A stretch of DNA of 63,536 nucleotides, the filler included, from Choristocarpus tenellus KU-1152 (taxonomy: Eukaryota; Protista; Phaeophyceae): NCBI GenBank assembly GCA_964200185.2. It is 8 parts of 8 records of this genome, joined end to end, with 100 filler letters (N's around TTAATTAATTAA, not from the genome) between each part and the next. Parts side by side here need not be neighbours in the genome. Positions count along the whole stretch, not along the records: positions 1 to 27,122 come from CAXNAD020000151.1; 7 more parts are not named here. One strand, 5' to 3'. The notes below the pieces were generated by a model. It saw only the letters and a list, made by a program, of their open reading frames with translations, ran no database searches and was not told the origin of the DNA. Below are positions 1-14,383 of the stretch, piece by piece. The position numbers and the translations under genes were made by a program. The first letter of the stretch is position 1. Each line of letters opens with the position of its first letter.

Positions 1-512
1 CTGAAGATCTAGCCGTAGCTCTATCCATACCTCCAGATGTAGATCGAGACCTCCCCCCCCCCACAACAATCCCCTTACACTCACACTTTCAACAGAAAAA
101 AAAGCCTCACAAATTTGGAGTCGAAAAACTACAGAGTGTCCATAGTGATGTTAGTGTAGTGAACAATCAGTACGGTCCAATACAAATGCCAGAACTGAAA
201 TAAACTTTTTTGTTTGTTTGTTTGATACAAGTTACAATTATCACCCAACCTTTTGACTCTCATCTACACCCGGTAGGCGTTTGCAATCCGTTATATAATA
301 CAGTCAACAGTGGTCTCATTGCTGCGACACTTCCTCCCCTCCCTCCCTTCCCCCCAACTTCATGTCAACACCCGATCCTTCAAAGATGCCTCCTGCCTTC
401 ACCAGTGCTGGGCCAAGGTTCACTAGTGCCTCTTCTTGACCACATACACACAGATCCCCTACCTCCAACCCCCTTCCCGCAGGACCTGTATCCTGATTGA
501 TTCATTTCTCAC

Positions 513-3500
513 CTTGACTCCGCCTGCAAGAGCCTCATTGAAGAGCGCCGCCAATTCCGCCTCTTGTGCCTTCTTAGCCTACTCAAAATAAAAAACAAAA
601 AAAGAAACAGGAGCAGTGAAAAAAAAATTAGCACTATTGCGTAACTCTAACTGTAACCGCGCGGGAGAAGCAAACGGAACGGAACAGAGCAAAATACAGT
701 TACACGTATAAAAAAACAAAGTACACTCTTTCGCACCACGTGGTCATTTCAACATTTTACTTCTACATAGAAAAGCCTTCAAGGAACCACACGAGGTATA
801 AAAATAGTAAATCTCATCCCAACAGCAGCAGCTGTTGGCATGTAACAATGTGTATCATTATCATTAGTAGCACCAGGATCAAATTCTTCTGTAAGTCCTT
901 CCCCCTTTGGGCAGAGAGCAATTAACTCATCATACGATTGCAAAACTCACGTCTTCCATCTTGTAGCACCACATGTTATTTGCATTTTTTTTAGCCAACC
1001 TGTCTGACACTTTGGAAGCATTAACAGCATCCGACAAATAGGCTGGTGGAGGCATTCCAAAGCTAGAACCATGGGGATTGTTTTGTATGCTTGTGTAAGA
1101 TCCACAAAGCGAAGAAAGAACTGGGGGAATGCAAGGCAGCCTCGCCCATTCCCATACCTACATCTTTCTTCGAGCACGGACTATGCTCCAACCATGAAGT
1201 ATCACTCAGATACATACACACACACACAACATATTTCATCATTATTTGAAAGTTAAGTTAACCAAGAGGGTGGTACCACTGAGGTTTGAGGACCCCACTG
1301 ACTTTCTGTGGTACATGTTTCAGAGCAATCAATCTGAAGTGATGAAGTGGTGCATTTGGACTATTTCATGGGTACATTCAGTTTGCAGAGGCAAGATACC
1401 CTTATCAACACCCTTGCCTGAATGTCTTCATCTTAAAATACGCTGATATTTTTTAAAAATGAAGCTTGAAAGGGCTGAAGCACACCCCTCTCTCAGTTAC
1501 TTCAACTCCTGAGCACTAATCAACTCTTGAATCAACAAATCAGACTAATCCCGTTTACATTCGGAATCAAAGATTCAACATTTCACCAACCCACACCAAA
1601 ACCTCCTCTCCCCCTAAATCTAACTACGACAACCCAAGCGTGCCAACAAAATGTCAAACAGCCGCGTGCTCTCCTCACATACATGATGACAACAGGACCT
1701 AGGAGCACTCTCCTCTACCGGATACCCCACGGAGGCCGCAGACTCTTGCAGCACAGACCAGAGTTCAAACTAGAACATGGGCCGGGGCAGGGGCAGGGGG
1801 AACGGCTTATTCTCACCTCCTTCGCAACCTTCTTCTTGTTCTTGGCAACCTCAGCAGCTCCCCTGTCGCCTGACTTCACACTCTTCTGAACGGTGTTGAT
1901 GTAGTTCTGCAACAACAATCATCAATCATCGACATTACATAATATACCAACAACATACTGTGAGGCACAGTCCATGACAGTGTAGTGTGCGCAGCAAATA
2001 TCCTGATCCATAATGTCACTGTTTGAGGTTTTGGCAATACATAATCGAGAAATAACTGTAATCTGGCGTCCGCACCACAAAAAAAAAAGAAGTTGCACAC
2101 CACTAAGCAAGTGACTACACGTTTTGGACACACCACAAATAGAAGTTTTTCACAATTTTGTTGTAGATGATTACATCCTCCCCCTTAGTTCAGTCCCCCC
2201 CCCCCTCCCCCCCTCCCCCCCGATCTCCTCGCTGTCACACCAACCTGCACAGACTTGCTCTTGTTCTTGTTCTTCAGACCAAAGGTCTTGTCCTCAATCA
2301 GCTGCATGTAAATAGGCACACACCCGCAGCAACATGTCATCCAACAAGCAAGCACAGCAGAAGGATGTGACAGATGGATGGTTGAAGGCATTGCACAGGC
2401 AGGGTTTGTGGGGAGGAAATGCCCTGAAGGAAACATTCATGGCATGTGCATGATGAACGAAGACAAGGTGTAGCATGTGACAAAGTAGAGAGGGGAGTAT
2501 GCTTAACAAGACAATAGCGCCAGCATTGTGGCAGGCAGTCATTTTTGTATACCTTTCAAGAAAATTACTACTTCAAATTAGGCATATTGCCAGTCCTCAA
2601 AAGCCCCAAGAATCAGAACACAAGTGGCCTCTGTATATGGATGCAGTACAACCACGGATGCAATTCATTCCAAAGTGCTCCAGGTGTGGCATGCCATCCT
2701 AACCAACACCATGCACATTCCGAATCAAAACAAAACCACAGGTGCATAGTGCAATACTACTTAACTAACAATACCAAATCAACAAGGATCCAACTTTAGA
2801 AAAAAAATTCTACTGTTTTGCTCATGCAGCCATATATACTCAGAATCATAATCTACATGCAACACATACATATTGAAAGCAGCCTCGGGCTTGAACCCCA
2901 ATCGGTACATGGGATCATCAACAGAAGTGAGAATGTGTGAGGCCAGCCCTGAGCATCAGCCAGTCACACAGATTGAATCGGTGTCCTGGGGTCAAGGCAT
3001 GTCAGGTCAAGTCCTACAGTACTGTATTTCGACCTGCGCAGTATTTATTACTACTTTGAGGAACTGACCCCTATAACAGTACAGTGTCACGTAGTTCAGG
3101 AAAGAGGGAGAAATGGGTGAACCCATGGACTGTGCTATATTGAATAAGAAATGACTAAAATCTGATTTAAGTGGCACAGAGATCTTCTGTTATTGCATAG
3201 ATGGGGATTGAAAGGTACCAAAATCGATAATATCGCTTTATGTTTCAAAATCTTGGAATGGCAATAGCACAGCAATGCAGGAAGGGTGCCTTGCTGTAAG
3301 GTGTGAGTTTTTGACTAAAGGCATCAGAACACTACTATTGCAGTAATCAACGACACCTTATCAACAAGTGCAATATCCTTTCAAGTAGTGCATGTCATAG
3401 AGTAGACCTTCACATGACTCCAATTGCTTCACAGAAGACACAATCACTGGACAAATGCAATACAAGCTCAAACCAGACGGAGGGTACAAGGGGGTACAAT

Positions 3501-4520
3501 TCTTCCTTTCACTGCAAGTAATGTCTCACACAGAAAGTAACAGCCATATTGGAAGAAGTATCCTAGCTACTATTAAATTTACTACTTCGTTTAACAAATT
3601 GAACTTATGATACCAACCTAACGCTGCACCAGTAACCCTTCAATTGAAAGCACATAATAGATAACACATCGATCTCAACCCCAAGGCTGCAAGAAGTATA
3701 ATGAAAAACTGGTTATAGAAGTGCGCAACACAGCTCCCTATATGATGGAAAGGCTAAGTTGCCCTTATAGTTCAACAAAATATTTAAATGATTACACTTG
3801 AAGATGGACAAACGTTGCGCTCGCCTTGGGTTCACACAAGGAACTCCGAGCACATGCCAAGTACAACGTACATGGACTTTGCCATGTCACAAATCACTTT
3901 TGAAGTATTGTCACAAGAACGAACATAACTCCATGGCAAAGGTATTTTAAGAGTCTACTTGATAGTCCATATTTCGTAAAAATACACTATCTCGTATGGC
4001 TTTCCTGACCTATTGAAGTGTCCATATTTTCGTCAAGTTTTGTGTTTGTGTGTGCGTATGCGAACATTTCCACATAAGTATGAGTAGTTCGTGTGCGAAT
4101 GCCATACTGCCTCGCTTCGCATGGAATAGTTGGTTTCTATTGTAGAAAAGAAGGAAGAGATGCACAGGCAGAGGTGGGGGGGATCGAAGCCAAGGGAGAC
4201 TCTGTTATCGACCCAGACCAACACCAGTCTAAACATGGAAATGCACCACCAACACACCGTGTACCGCTGTCCAAGGTTTCTTACGCAATTTCGTGGACCG
4301 ACAGAATTCAGACAGAACGCTTTGCTTGGAGTAGGTTTGTCCAAATCTGCGTTCTATCATGGAGAATCGAACAGTTGACGCACCAGCGCTTGACCTAGCG
4401 GGGAAGAATCTGTTCCCCCAACTGGTACACACGACTAGCGTGAATGGGTGATTCGCGTACCTGGTTCTGCTTCTTAACCTCGGCCTTCTTAGAAGCCCCC
4501 TTCTTCGCCTTTGGAGGCAT
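513..4520 (-). CDS. ZC3H15: Zinc finger CCCH protein 15 / Tma46 / DFRP1 (DRG1-binding partner), 5' exons; gene continues off the left edge
   Basis: Exons 4520-4461, 2301-2245, 1906-1817 and 578-513 (all GT-AG, phase 0) give MPPKAKKGASKKAEVKKQNQ-LIEDKTFGLKNKNKSKSVQ-NYINTVQKSVK...AKE-AKKAQEAELAALFNEALAGGVK. MPPK...IEDKTFGLKNK is the hallmark N-terminus of ZC3H15/Tma46. Confidence 0.93.
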
Positions 4521-5398
4521 GCTTTCCTTCCCTCAAGCAGGAAAACTTGTCGTAAATCTCTACACCAAGGAGCACAACCACAAGCCCTAAACCCCGCCTC
4601 TATTCGTCTATCTTAAAGCTAAGAGTGTGTGGCCCAGCGTCGGGAGCCTTCCTCCTATGGAAAGAGAGGGGAGGTACAATGGCAATCATCGGAGTGAGAG
4701 AGGGCGGCATATGTAGAGGAGGAGGAGGGGTTGATACAAGGTAAGGGTCTAATTGGCACTAGGAGGGGTGTCATAGGATGTCTAAACTTGCCACACATGA
4801 TCCAATATCGCTCATTTCTAGGGAGCTGGCTTCATTTAGGGAGAAAACTGCAACAAAGGGTTAGGCTGTCTATCGATAAACATCCAGAGGCGCCCTTCCT
4901 ATGACACCTCGAAACCGAATCGAACACCAGCGATAGGTAAAAATGATCACACTGCCTATGAGATCCCTTAGCTGTGACCTTGACGTGAAGACAAGCAACT
5001 TCCCCCGCTCATAACTCAGGTCAATGAGTACCCAGCACTCACCATCCAAAAACCAATCCCAACGACAATTTTCTCCTGAGTGCAGGATCAAGTCTAGCTC
5101 CTGAAACGATTAATCAAACCTACGTACGATAGCTGAACAACGGCCCTGGCGATTAGCGGTAGAGCACCTTTAGACCACGACCCAAACTGTGGTGGGTTCT
5201 CACTCTTTCCCTATCACCACCTCAAAATAAAAAATAAAACTTGATACCATGTGGCACTCACTCACCTATTACTAACTTGGGTAGGTTAAGAGTAGAACTT
5301 AGTGTACCGTTGTCTGTAAATCGATATCAGGCACTGATCTGGCCTCTTCTCCTTACTGAGACATCCAGCCGAGAGAGAGAGGGGGGTTGAAGAGAAGG
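4521..5398. promoter_or_regulatory. Probable bidirectional promoter between head-to-head ZC3H15 and BUD23
   Basis: 878 bp between divergent ATGs (4520 on -, 5399 on +). Function is inferred from geometry only. Confidence 0.55.
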
Positions 5399-8233
5399 AT
5401 GAGTCGCCCTGAGCTGCAGCGTCCACCAGACCTTTTCTACGATGCCTCTGAGGCTCGAAAGTATAACTCTAGCTCTCGGATGGTAGGAATACAGGCAGAG
5501 ATATCTGCGCGGTGTATCGAGCTCTTGAATATACCGGTGAGTGATTTCTTGGAGTGCGTAGCATGCCAGAACTGCTGAATAGAAGGATGATCAGGAGGAC
5601 CATTCAGGCTGATAACCTTAGGTTTTTGTGATGGTGTGATTGACGAGTACTTTTTTGCGACCAACCCCCCACTGTGATAGGTTCTAAACTTCCACTTCTT
5701 TGAACCTTGCTATTGTTGCACTTTTAAAGAGAAAATTAGCCAGCGAATGATCCATTCGCCTGTTATCATTCACGTACTTTTTTTCAGACCAGACATGGAC
5801 ATCGACTCTCTCATTTTGGCACACCCCACAGTGAATGTTAAGATGTATTTTCCTTTCTATCCTTCCTTTCTCCTGCACGTTCTTCTTATCTACATGTCCC
5901 CGCCCGTATGCAGCCCGACAAAACGAGCTTTATCCTTGACGTTGGCTGTGGCAGTGGGCTAAGTGGCCAGGCATTGGAAGATGCTGGACACTACTGGGTG
6001 GGGATGGACATCAGTAGAGACATGCTAGATGTGGCCAACGAAAGAGAGACAGAGTGAGAATCAAACACCCTATTGCACCCGCTCTTCCATTCCAAAAGTT
6101 TCCGCTCTCCATGTTTTGGCATTCGAGATGAACCGATGTTATTGTGCAGGAGATGGTTGGGTGCAAAGGGGATCACGTAAGAGGTAGCAATATTTTCCTC
6201 CACGGTATGTCTCTAGCGAATCGTATCTGAAACAACAGACCTCGAATCGACAGAGGCTGATACTGATGCTGATACGGAAAGCCCAATCTGCATAGTCATC
6301 ATGGACAACTGTTGACATCCCAGATATATCGGTCATACTTCGCCACTTGGTAGGAAGGCAGTAGCGCCATACTTTCAAGTTTTCATCCTCCAAAATGAGG
6401 ATCGCTGATCTTGGCAGAAGATTAAAGTCTGCTCTTAATCAAATAGCTCTCATCTTCATCCACATCTGACGAGACACGCAGAAATGGATCCGTTCCAAAT
6501 TTGCCTTCAAGATCTCATGTTCGCCTGGATAGTTTTCCCTGAGAAATAGGACATCTTGTGACTTCAGCTGAAAGGATGAAGCTGCTTTCTAAGCGAACAC
6601 AGGTCATCACATTTCTTATCAAGCAGAACCTTGACAGCTCCCCTATCCTTCCCAACATCGCCTCTTAGATCTGGTGACCTCTGTCAGCATGATATGGGCA
6701 CTGGCCTACCGTTTCGCCCAGCTACCTTTGATGGCTGCATCAGCGTGTCAGCTCTTCAGGTTTGTAGAATAGAAGGGGTAGGAATCCATGTTGTTGTACT
6801 GCACACAGCATACCCTTTTCCATCCACGAGAAAGATTGATCCTCAAAACCTACCACCACTTACGAGTATGTAGAGCATCCGTTGCATTGAGTAGTTGTTG
6901 AGAGAGGGTGACTTAATGATTGGTCTTTATTTTGGAGGTGAAGCAAATCTGCTTTGAAAACTTGGTGTGGCAAACATAGACTGGAGAGTGGTATGATTGA
7001 TGCCCTTCTTTACGAGGAAGACCCAAGGTGTATATTTTATATCCTGTACAGCCCTGATCCACATAATTTGAACAGTAACCTGAACAGTTGTATGTATTGA
7101 ACCATAGAATTGGATTGCTGCATGGTTGCATCATAGTACTTCCTCTTGTATCCACAATTCCCAAGAGGGGATCACATTACTGCTACCCACCTTAACACTA
7201 CCTCCCTCCCCTCCAATGGTGCCATTGCCCGGTTGCCTTTCAGTGGCTTTGCTATGCTCAGACATCTGAACAAGTGGCTAAGACCCGCCTCGTCCGTTTC
7301 TTCTCCTCCCTCTATGGCTGCCTCAAAAGAGGTTCAAGGGCTGCTCTCCAATTCTACCCTGAGAGCACAGAACAAGCAGTTCTCATTGCCTCATGTGCTG
7401 CCAGGTACAGCATTGTTAGGGCAGGGGGGTGGTTCCTTTGATGAGGTGATCTCACGCCACTCTAATCAACTTCTATTGATTCCTGTTGTGGTCCCCTGAG
7501 GGTTGTACAGTCAGGAGATTTCTCACCTCCTGCAGACCAGGCAGTCACTCTCACTTACACTCTTATCCCCACTTGATTTTTTTTTCTGGAAGGGCTGGGT
7601 TCACGGGGGGTCTGGTGGTTGACTACCCTAACTCGGCCAAGGCAAAGAAGCACTACTTATGCCTTAGCTTTGAGCACAATTACAAGACGCCCAAGCCCTT
7701 AACAGCCGAAGGACCAGCAACAGCTGTTAATGTACGTTTGGGTCTTGAAGTATCAGTTGGGTGCTGGTGTGGGAGACACAAACAGTGAGAGTTTGCGTAA
7801 TCTCTGCGCCCCTACCCCTCCGCTTCCCTCCCTAGTTAAATAATCATTTCTCAAGAGCGATGTATTTTTGGAGTCAAGTCAAGATTTAGGTGGTAGGTGT
7901 GACTGGATGGTGAATGCATCTTATTGGCTCACTGCAACATGTAGGGTTATTCCGTTGGTCTTAAGTCTTTTCTCATAATGCTTCCACTACTTCACTGTGC
8001 ACAAAATGTGTTCACTCTGGTGATACCTGACATTCAACCCAACTGGGGTTATATATATACATGTGCAGGCAGGTTCAAGGGAGAGGAGGCGTGGCAAGGG
8101 GGGGAAAAGCAAACCAAAGGCAGCCAAGAGCAGGGACTGGGTGTTGGCAAAGAAAGACCGCCAGCGTAAGCAGGGGAGAGAGGTCAGGGAAGACACCAAG
8201 TTCACTGGACGGAAGCGGAAAGATAAATTCTGA
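5399..8233 (+). CDS. BUD23: 18S rRNA m7G methyltransferase BUD23/WBSCR22
   Basis: Exons 5399-5536, 5914-6053, 6669-6759, 7244-7404, 7593-7731 and 8069-8233 join in frame: [22 protein letters not shown]..., [12 protein letters not shown] (SAM motif I), [67 protein letters not shown]...[10 protein letters not shown]. Confidence 0.97.
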
Positions 8234-9639
8234 TCAATTTCCTTGCTCGCCAGTTGGGTTTTATGTAGTAGACGATTTCTCATGTGCATATATATATTTT
8301 GTAATGCATTTGTAATGGTGGGTTCATGTCGTGGTGTATTGTAGTAGACATTTATGCCCTTGATGAGGTCCTTGTTTGCTATACATACTTAAAAGCGCTG
8401 TATATTTGTGATGCCTTGTAATGTGTTAAGCCCTTATGGTCACTGTGTATTTGATTTTCTATATAATTTAGTTTTGAAGTGTGTCTGCATGCAGAGTACC
8501 TGATGCGTTCTCGCCTATCTACGTGGAGTTTGTTGCTGGAAGGAGGGGATAAAGGGGGAACACATATAATATTAGGAAGGTGCTTTCCAGAGTTTCAGAT
8601 GTGTGGTACAGAGCCTCAAAGGTCAAGAAGCAACTCAGCTTGATGTATTTGGGCTGATTAAGCAATTGGGTTCTTACGAGCAATGCAGTATAATACAGTA
8701 GTAAGAAATGATCGATGATAATCAAATGCTACATGCTGGAGTTTTAGAGCTCGCAAAAATTGTCTGTGATGCTGAGATCCGGCACATGATGCCAAAAAGT
8801 CAACGGCGTTTCACCAGGCCAGGTAAACATGATTAAACTGAGTCGCAGTCGAGATTTGGTTAAATGTGTTTCAACAAGACTGTTCCAGGGACATTCCAGA
8901 GATCGGAAATTGTGACTGGACCAGGCTAACGGTCAGCCCCAGTTAAGTGTGCTTTAACATTGTCATTCCAAGGTCATGAGAGATTTTCGGGACCAAGACT
9001 GCAGGCGAACTCTAGTCAGAACTTAATATAATGGATCTGGTCTGCATCTACTGCTTGGTCGGACTAGGCTGGTTTGCACGTGAATGTTGTGGGTGGTGTA
9101 AAATTGGTCACCTACATCCACAAGATATCAGTTACTATAGTGATATACTTTGCAGTGCATTTTATGAACAACATGCAGTTGGACAAATTCAAGCCGTGAG
9201 AGTGAAAGCCATCCAAAGTTTGTAATCTTCAGCTGATATTTCTTGCTTGTTTCAATTTCCAAGGTGTTATTTCATCTGAATTGTTATGTTGTGGTGGGAG
9301 TAGTAATCAAGATCTTTTAATCGGTTTCTGAGCATTTGTTTAATGGTCAATGTGTGGAGTTTATATCTGATGACGTAATCAGGTTAAAATTTGTGACTTG
9401 AGCTTCAAGTCAGTGTAACACTTGGCGTTACCTCAAAACAGTTGACTGTTGTCATCTGCATGGAAATTGGGAGACCTTTTTGGAAGTCCTGATGGTTGTC
9501 TGATACTCAGAGTCTTCACAAGCAAAGTGATGGAGACCGTACTTGGTTCTCAAAGGGAAAAAGACTAGACACAGAAAGCTGTCCAGGGCGATTTTCGAGA
9601 CCCTAAAAAGTATTGAACTATCAATGCCCAGGTTGGGGG

Positions 9640-10000
9640 TATCTGAATAGAGAGGAAGAGAAACAAGAGGTCAAGCGGACTGGTTGCAGAGGCACTTGCA
9701 GACGAGGGAATGCTGCAAAATGAGGGGGAGGGTGAGGGAGAGGCAAACCAAACATTAGGCAAGGGTCCACATGCCTGCTGTGAGAAGGAAGTGGGACTTA
9801 AATGCTTTATTCGTAGTGTTCAAGAGGTTATGGAACCTGATACCTAAATGCAAATGGAGAAACTTAAGTTGCTCAGCAGAGAAGTGCTTTCCTAGGGTGA
9901 GGCATGCGTTTTGCCAATCCTGTACCACCGGTTTGACATCTAAATGCGTAAAGACCAAACTGAGGCAGTGGAGGTTGTCTGCCTAGTAGCAGGAATGTCA
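9640..10000. repeat. Old unclassified dispersed repeat, homologous in inverted orientation to ~47995-48290
   Basis: Translations align between the two loci: QDWQNACLTLGKH vs RDQQDACLLLGKH, and on the other strand RGTCRRGNAAK vs RGTSKCGEAAK. Confidence 0.5.
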
Positions 10001-10925
10001 TACAAGGTTTTTCACATTGTGAAAACTTGGAAGGAGAAAGGGCTGAAAACACCTCCCTGCATAGTAGTGCAAATCGGTCAAGGGATCAGACCAATACTGA
10101 CACGATTCGATACCTGATTTTGTGTCCAGGACTGGGTGTATTATCGTGTTGCTAAAGAGTAATTGGGTGGCTTAATATGTGAGAATAGTCAAGTCAATGT
10201 CTCTTCCCCTCAACGCTTGTGGAGTTGTGGGAACTTTGGTCTTCAGGTGTGCTGAAAAATATATTGAGTGCAAGTCTATGTATCCCAGCAAACCTCAGCA
10301 CAAACAGAATCAGATTCTGCACGTTGTGCATCAGTATCATACCAAAAAAAAAAATCCTTGGTCGATTTGCTCCGAATCACAAGACGCTTACTCATAGGAC
10401 AACGCCCTCAAAAACGGAAATCAGAGCTAGAAATTGGTCACTCACTTTAAATATTTGTGGGTTCTTCATGCTGATGGGATATCACAAGTGTAGTGATGTT
10501 AACTCTTGGAAAGGAAAGCCTGTTTTACCTAACAGATGAGGTGAGATGTGTGGTCGACCCTTTTTGGAATTGGTGATTGTGGTTGCAACTAACATCCTGT
10601 TGGCAAAAGGCTTGACAGTCAAACACAAAGGAGGTCCGGTGTAGCAGCACATACATGTCGACATATTGACAACTTTGTACAGTCCGTTTTTGTTCTGAGA
10701 AAAGGTCCTTGAATAATTTAGCGTTGTTGAATAATATAATACTAATAGATTCAACTTTTTTCAATATTTATTCGAGGTATTGAGTATTTTTAGTTTAGTA
10801 TTGGGAATTGACAACATTTGTGACCATAAGAAAAATCTGCTAGAAGTATTTTAATGTGCTTGATCATATTCGAAGCAATGTACATTCACTGCACGATTAT
10901 AAATACAATTTTTGCTGAACCGTGA

Positions 10926-11045
10926 GAGACCCATAGTAAATGAGGGGTACCCCGGTTTTGACCATTTTGTTTTTTTAGTCAGTTTTCTAATCGTTCACAC
11001 TTCACCCCAATTTCTATGGATGAAGTGCTAGCTTTGACTTGAGAA
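10926..11045. repeat. End of a dispersed repeat also present, inverted, at ~60860-61020 in a DRG1 intron
   Basis: GAG...AGGGGTACCC...GTTTTTTAGTC...ATTTCTATGG at 10926+ matches the reverse complement of 60900-61020. Confidence 0.45.
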
Positions 11046-11559
11046 TGTTGATATATCTGTTGTTAGAAAAATTTCAACATAATTCAGAAATTAATCTACA
11101 CGCATTATTGGTAAAAATAGACAAATTTTGAACATATTTATCAACACCCTTAAAATACAACTTTTTTGATACTTCTCGTTTAATTTGACTCAGAGGGTAG
11201 TGAGCACAATGCACATTTGCTCGAAAAATAACCAAACTCAAAAATCACCCCTCAATTTTTGGTTTTGATCAATCATGATTTAAACAAATTGTAGTGATTC
11301 AATCACCATGATTCACATCGCTGGTTTATCTGTAATCTCAACCACATCAAGGGGCGTAAGGTAGACAACATGGCTAACTGACACCTCTCACTCAATGAGC
11401 AAATACGTACTTCCTTTCGGAATTACATGAAACAAAAATTGTGCGAGCTCTATTCTCCCCTGGGAACGATCTACTTGATAAACCCTCTAAACAAGGCTTA
11501 GTTCTGATATAGATTGGGAGGTGTGCAAGGTTTGAGATGGTGGACTATCATGACTGTGG

Positions 11560-11730
11560 AGGATCAGCTATGTCCCATTTGTACAGTGCACATCCTTCTG
11601 CAAATGGGTGACCAAAGCTGAGGTCTCCTTTGCCTCGTTGTAGGGTCTATGCAAGTGCGAGAAGGTGAACAAGGTCAAGCAAAGGATTAAGCCAGCCCTC
11701 TCAGACCAGCAGAAAGTCAACAGGGTGGGG
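11560..11730 (+). mobile_element. Decayed mariner-type transposase fragment (HTH/linker region)
   Basis: VTKAEVSFASL*GLCKCEKVNKVKQRIKPALSDQQKVNRV resembles the WIKPKLLSWQKV segment of the mariner at ~33400. Confidence 0.45.
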
Positions 11731-13079
11731 TGACCAACACAGATGGCCAGGTGGAGGCCACAATGGAGGCATTTGATGTGTACCTCTAGGAGACACGAGA
11801 ATGCGTCTGGCAGAGCCTCTTTGCAGTCTAAGGTGAAGTGCTGGGGTTCAGGGTGACAATGTCTTCAAAATTCCCCACCTTAGCAAGGAGATGACTGAGG
11901 AGGCGGGCAATCTTCTCCCCAAAGCCTTAATGGATGCGGTGAAATACTGTGCTAGAATGGAGTTTTGGAGGGCTTCAGAGGCAGAATCAAAGAGATAAGT
12001 GTAGGCTGCCCCATTTTGCTTGAGATTTTGTGGGCAACCTTTTCGTGTCTGCACGTTACACCCTCTTCCACCCAGTTGTCAATGTTTCCAAAGGAGCTAT
12101 GTGTTAAGAGTGGGGTTGTCTGTTATCATACACTTACTTCCGTGTGTCATACGCCATACACCATTAGACCATTGAGGTTCCTTGTCAGGTCTCCTAGATC
12201 CAATGGAGGATTTTTCTTGAGATTGAGGTTGGGATCTTTTTAAGAAACCAATCCTACAAGTAGTGGACAATTCTACAGAGATGTCAAACATCAACGATTC
12301 TCTTTCTTGTTACATCTTGACATTTTGATGACCCCCCTCTTGTGAGGTTCTCATCGCTCTGTAATTCTCTGAAGTCTCTGAACTTGTCCAACCTTGACCT
12401 CATAGTTACATTTCATCTAGGTCCATGCGGTCCACCTTGTCCAGTGATTCTCTTCACACCACTTGCATGAGTGTACCACGCTACCACACAGAATCATACT
12501 TCATGTACAATTCAGAAGTAGGAAAAGTGGAACTTTCTTTAATTCAATACTAGGAAATTCTGTATTAGGGCTTCTCATTTCTTACCATATCTGTAGTAGT
12601 AATCTAACAGGAGATACCTCCAGTAAATACCTTTGAACACGGTTCACGGCCATCAGAGAATATAACCAGACTTGTACATGAAAACCCTGGTGAGACATTA
12701 TTTAACAGGATCAGATGTATCCAAGATTCTAACTTGACTGAGTTGCATGCTGGCCCCAGTGAAATACTCTGGAATATATCTGAACAGAACTGGTCCAGAA
12801 CAGAGATTGTGAACAAATCATGCCAAGGGCTGGTCCGTATTGCAGCCTCTGTCCTGTCGAAAGTCCAAGAACAATTCTTATCTACCAGGAATCAAAATTG
12901 AGAAACTTCTGCACCCTTCACTTGATCTTCATACATTAATCACGATGCAGTAGATTCTGCAGGGACTAAGCAACATCAAGCTATCAAGTTTGAAATAGAC
13001 AGATTTGTCCCTCAGCGTTCTTATTCAGGCAAGGAGAACTTGAAGGTAGTAAAGTTTGTTGCAATATCATTTGGAGCAT

Positions 13080-14000
13080 ATAATGACGCATATGAGATAG
13101 TGCGTGTAGGCCTCTTGCGTCTCTACCCTAAGGGCTCCACTCGAATTTACACCATTCAGAGAATGATTCAACATTCATAAACTATAAAAAGAAATTGAAA
13201 ACAGTTGGAATTGACACGGTGGGGTAATTCATAATATAACTAATCCAAATAATATTCTCAATTAGCTGTAACCCTAAACAATTTTATGATGGTACCACAA
13301 TATTAAGACCAATTTGGAATTTGAGAACAAAGCACAATTACACCCCCTGCCTTCCTCATGGAGGAATGGCTCATAAAACGTATTTCATTGGTGCTTTGTT
13401 TCCTCCTCTCAACAGTACTGGGGTCGACAGATTACGCAAATTAAAGGTTCATTAGGCACGATTTTGTCACTGTGTGTCACCGTCCTACATATATTTATCT
13501 AAGTAAGAATAATTGCCTAATGCAACTATCATTCATCTTGCAAAATGCAAGAAACTTTCTACTTATTATTCTGAACGGTCTCGATTTAAAAACACTGTAC
13601 CTCTGAACTAAGGTCCTACTGCATTTCAAGGATGGATCATCGAGTCATACCTGACTATACTGTTGCTAAAAGGTAGAGCAATCTCTGGCATTGCTAAAAA
13701 TGTTGTAACCTCAGTAAATTGTACAAAATTTACATCAATAAACTGCAATACAATGTCTGATGTGCTAAAATGTGATATGTTTTCAATAACCCTTGCTGTT
13801 CACAATGAAACCAGTTTAATTTTACATCACAATTGGACTTTGAGGTACCCTCTTTACACACTTATCTCTGGAGGCAACTTCCTATGGAGGATGGAATTTG
13901 TTGGCTACTCCTCCCAAAAGATACATTTGTTGGCATACATGAGATGATCTGCTGCCATCTCAAAAAAGATGAACAGAGGGAAAAATGCAACTTAAGAGAC
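13080..14000 (-). mobile_element. Heavily decayed DNA-transposase-like remnant (possibly CACTA/Plavaka type)
   Basis: Stop-ridden minus-strand translation includes YANKCIFWEE, YSYLDKYM, NLRNLSTPVLLRGGNKAP and YEPFLHE, loosely resembling Tnp2-family motifs. Confidence 0.25.
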
Positions 14001-14383
14001 AAGAGGGTTTTGTAGACCCTTCATGAGCACTCCACATCTCTTGACATCGATATATGGGCGCGTATACTTACCTCCATTTCTGCATGGAGCAATATGAAGT
14101 GGGAAAATAAAATATGGCTTTAGCAAGAACAGGCGAGGTCTTCATTGCTTTCTCACTTGAGAGATTGTTCACATAAGATATCCAGGGCCCACTGCAGCAC
14201 AAGCAGCACAAACCTGTGAGCAGATACCAACCGCACACATTGTCTCCCCTTAACAGCATAAGAACAAAGCATTAGGGAAACTTATCTCTAGTATTAATAG
14301 ATGATGTTACCCAGTCCCCTACGGGGAAAGAAGTCCCCCCAGATCCTCCTGCAACCCTCGCAATGAAATGGATACCACAGTCC

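Noticed and set aside
1-52. Further ZC3H15 exon at the left edge
   Set aside because: Phase-0 translation does not resemble the expected continuation; cannot be supported.
2840-2921. Candidate C/D snoRNA or tRNA T-arm (GGGTTCAAGCCC) in ZC3H15 intron 1
   Set aside because: Imperfect C box, no terminal stem, no cloverleaf or A box.
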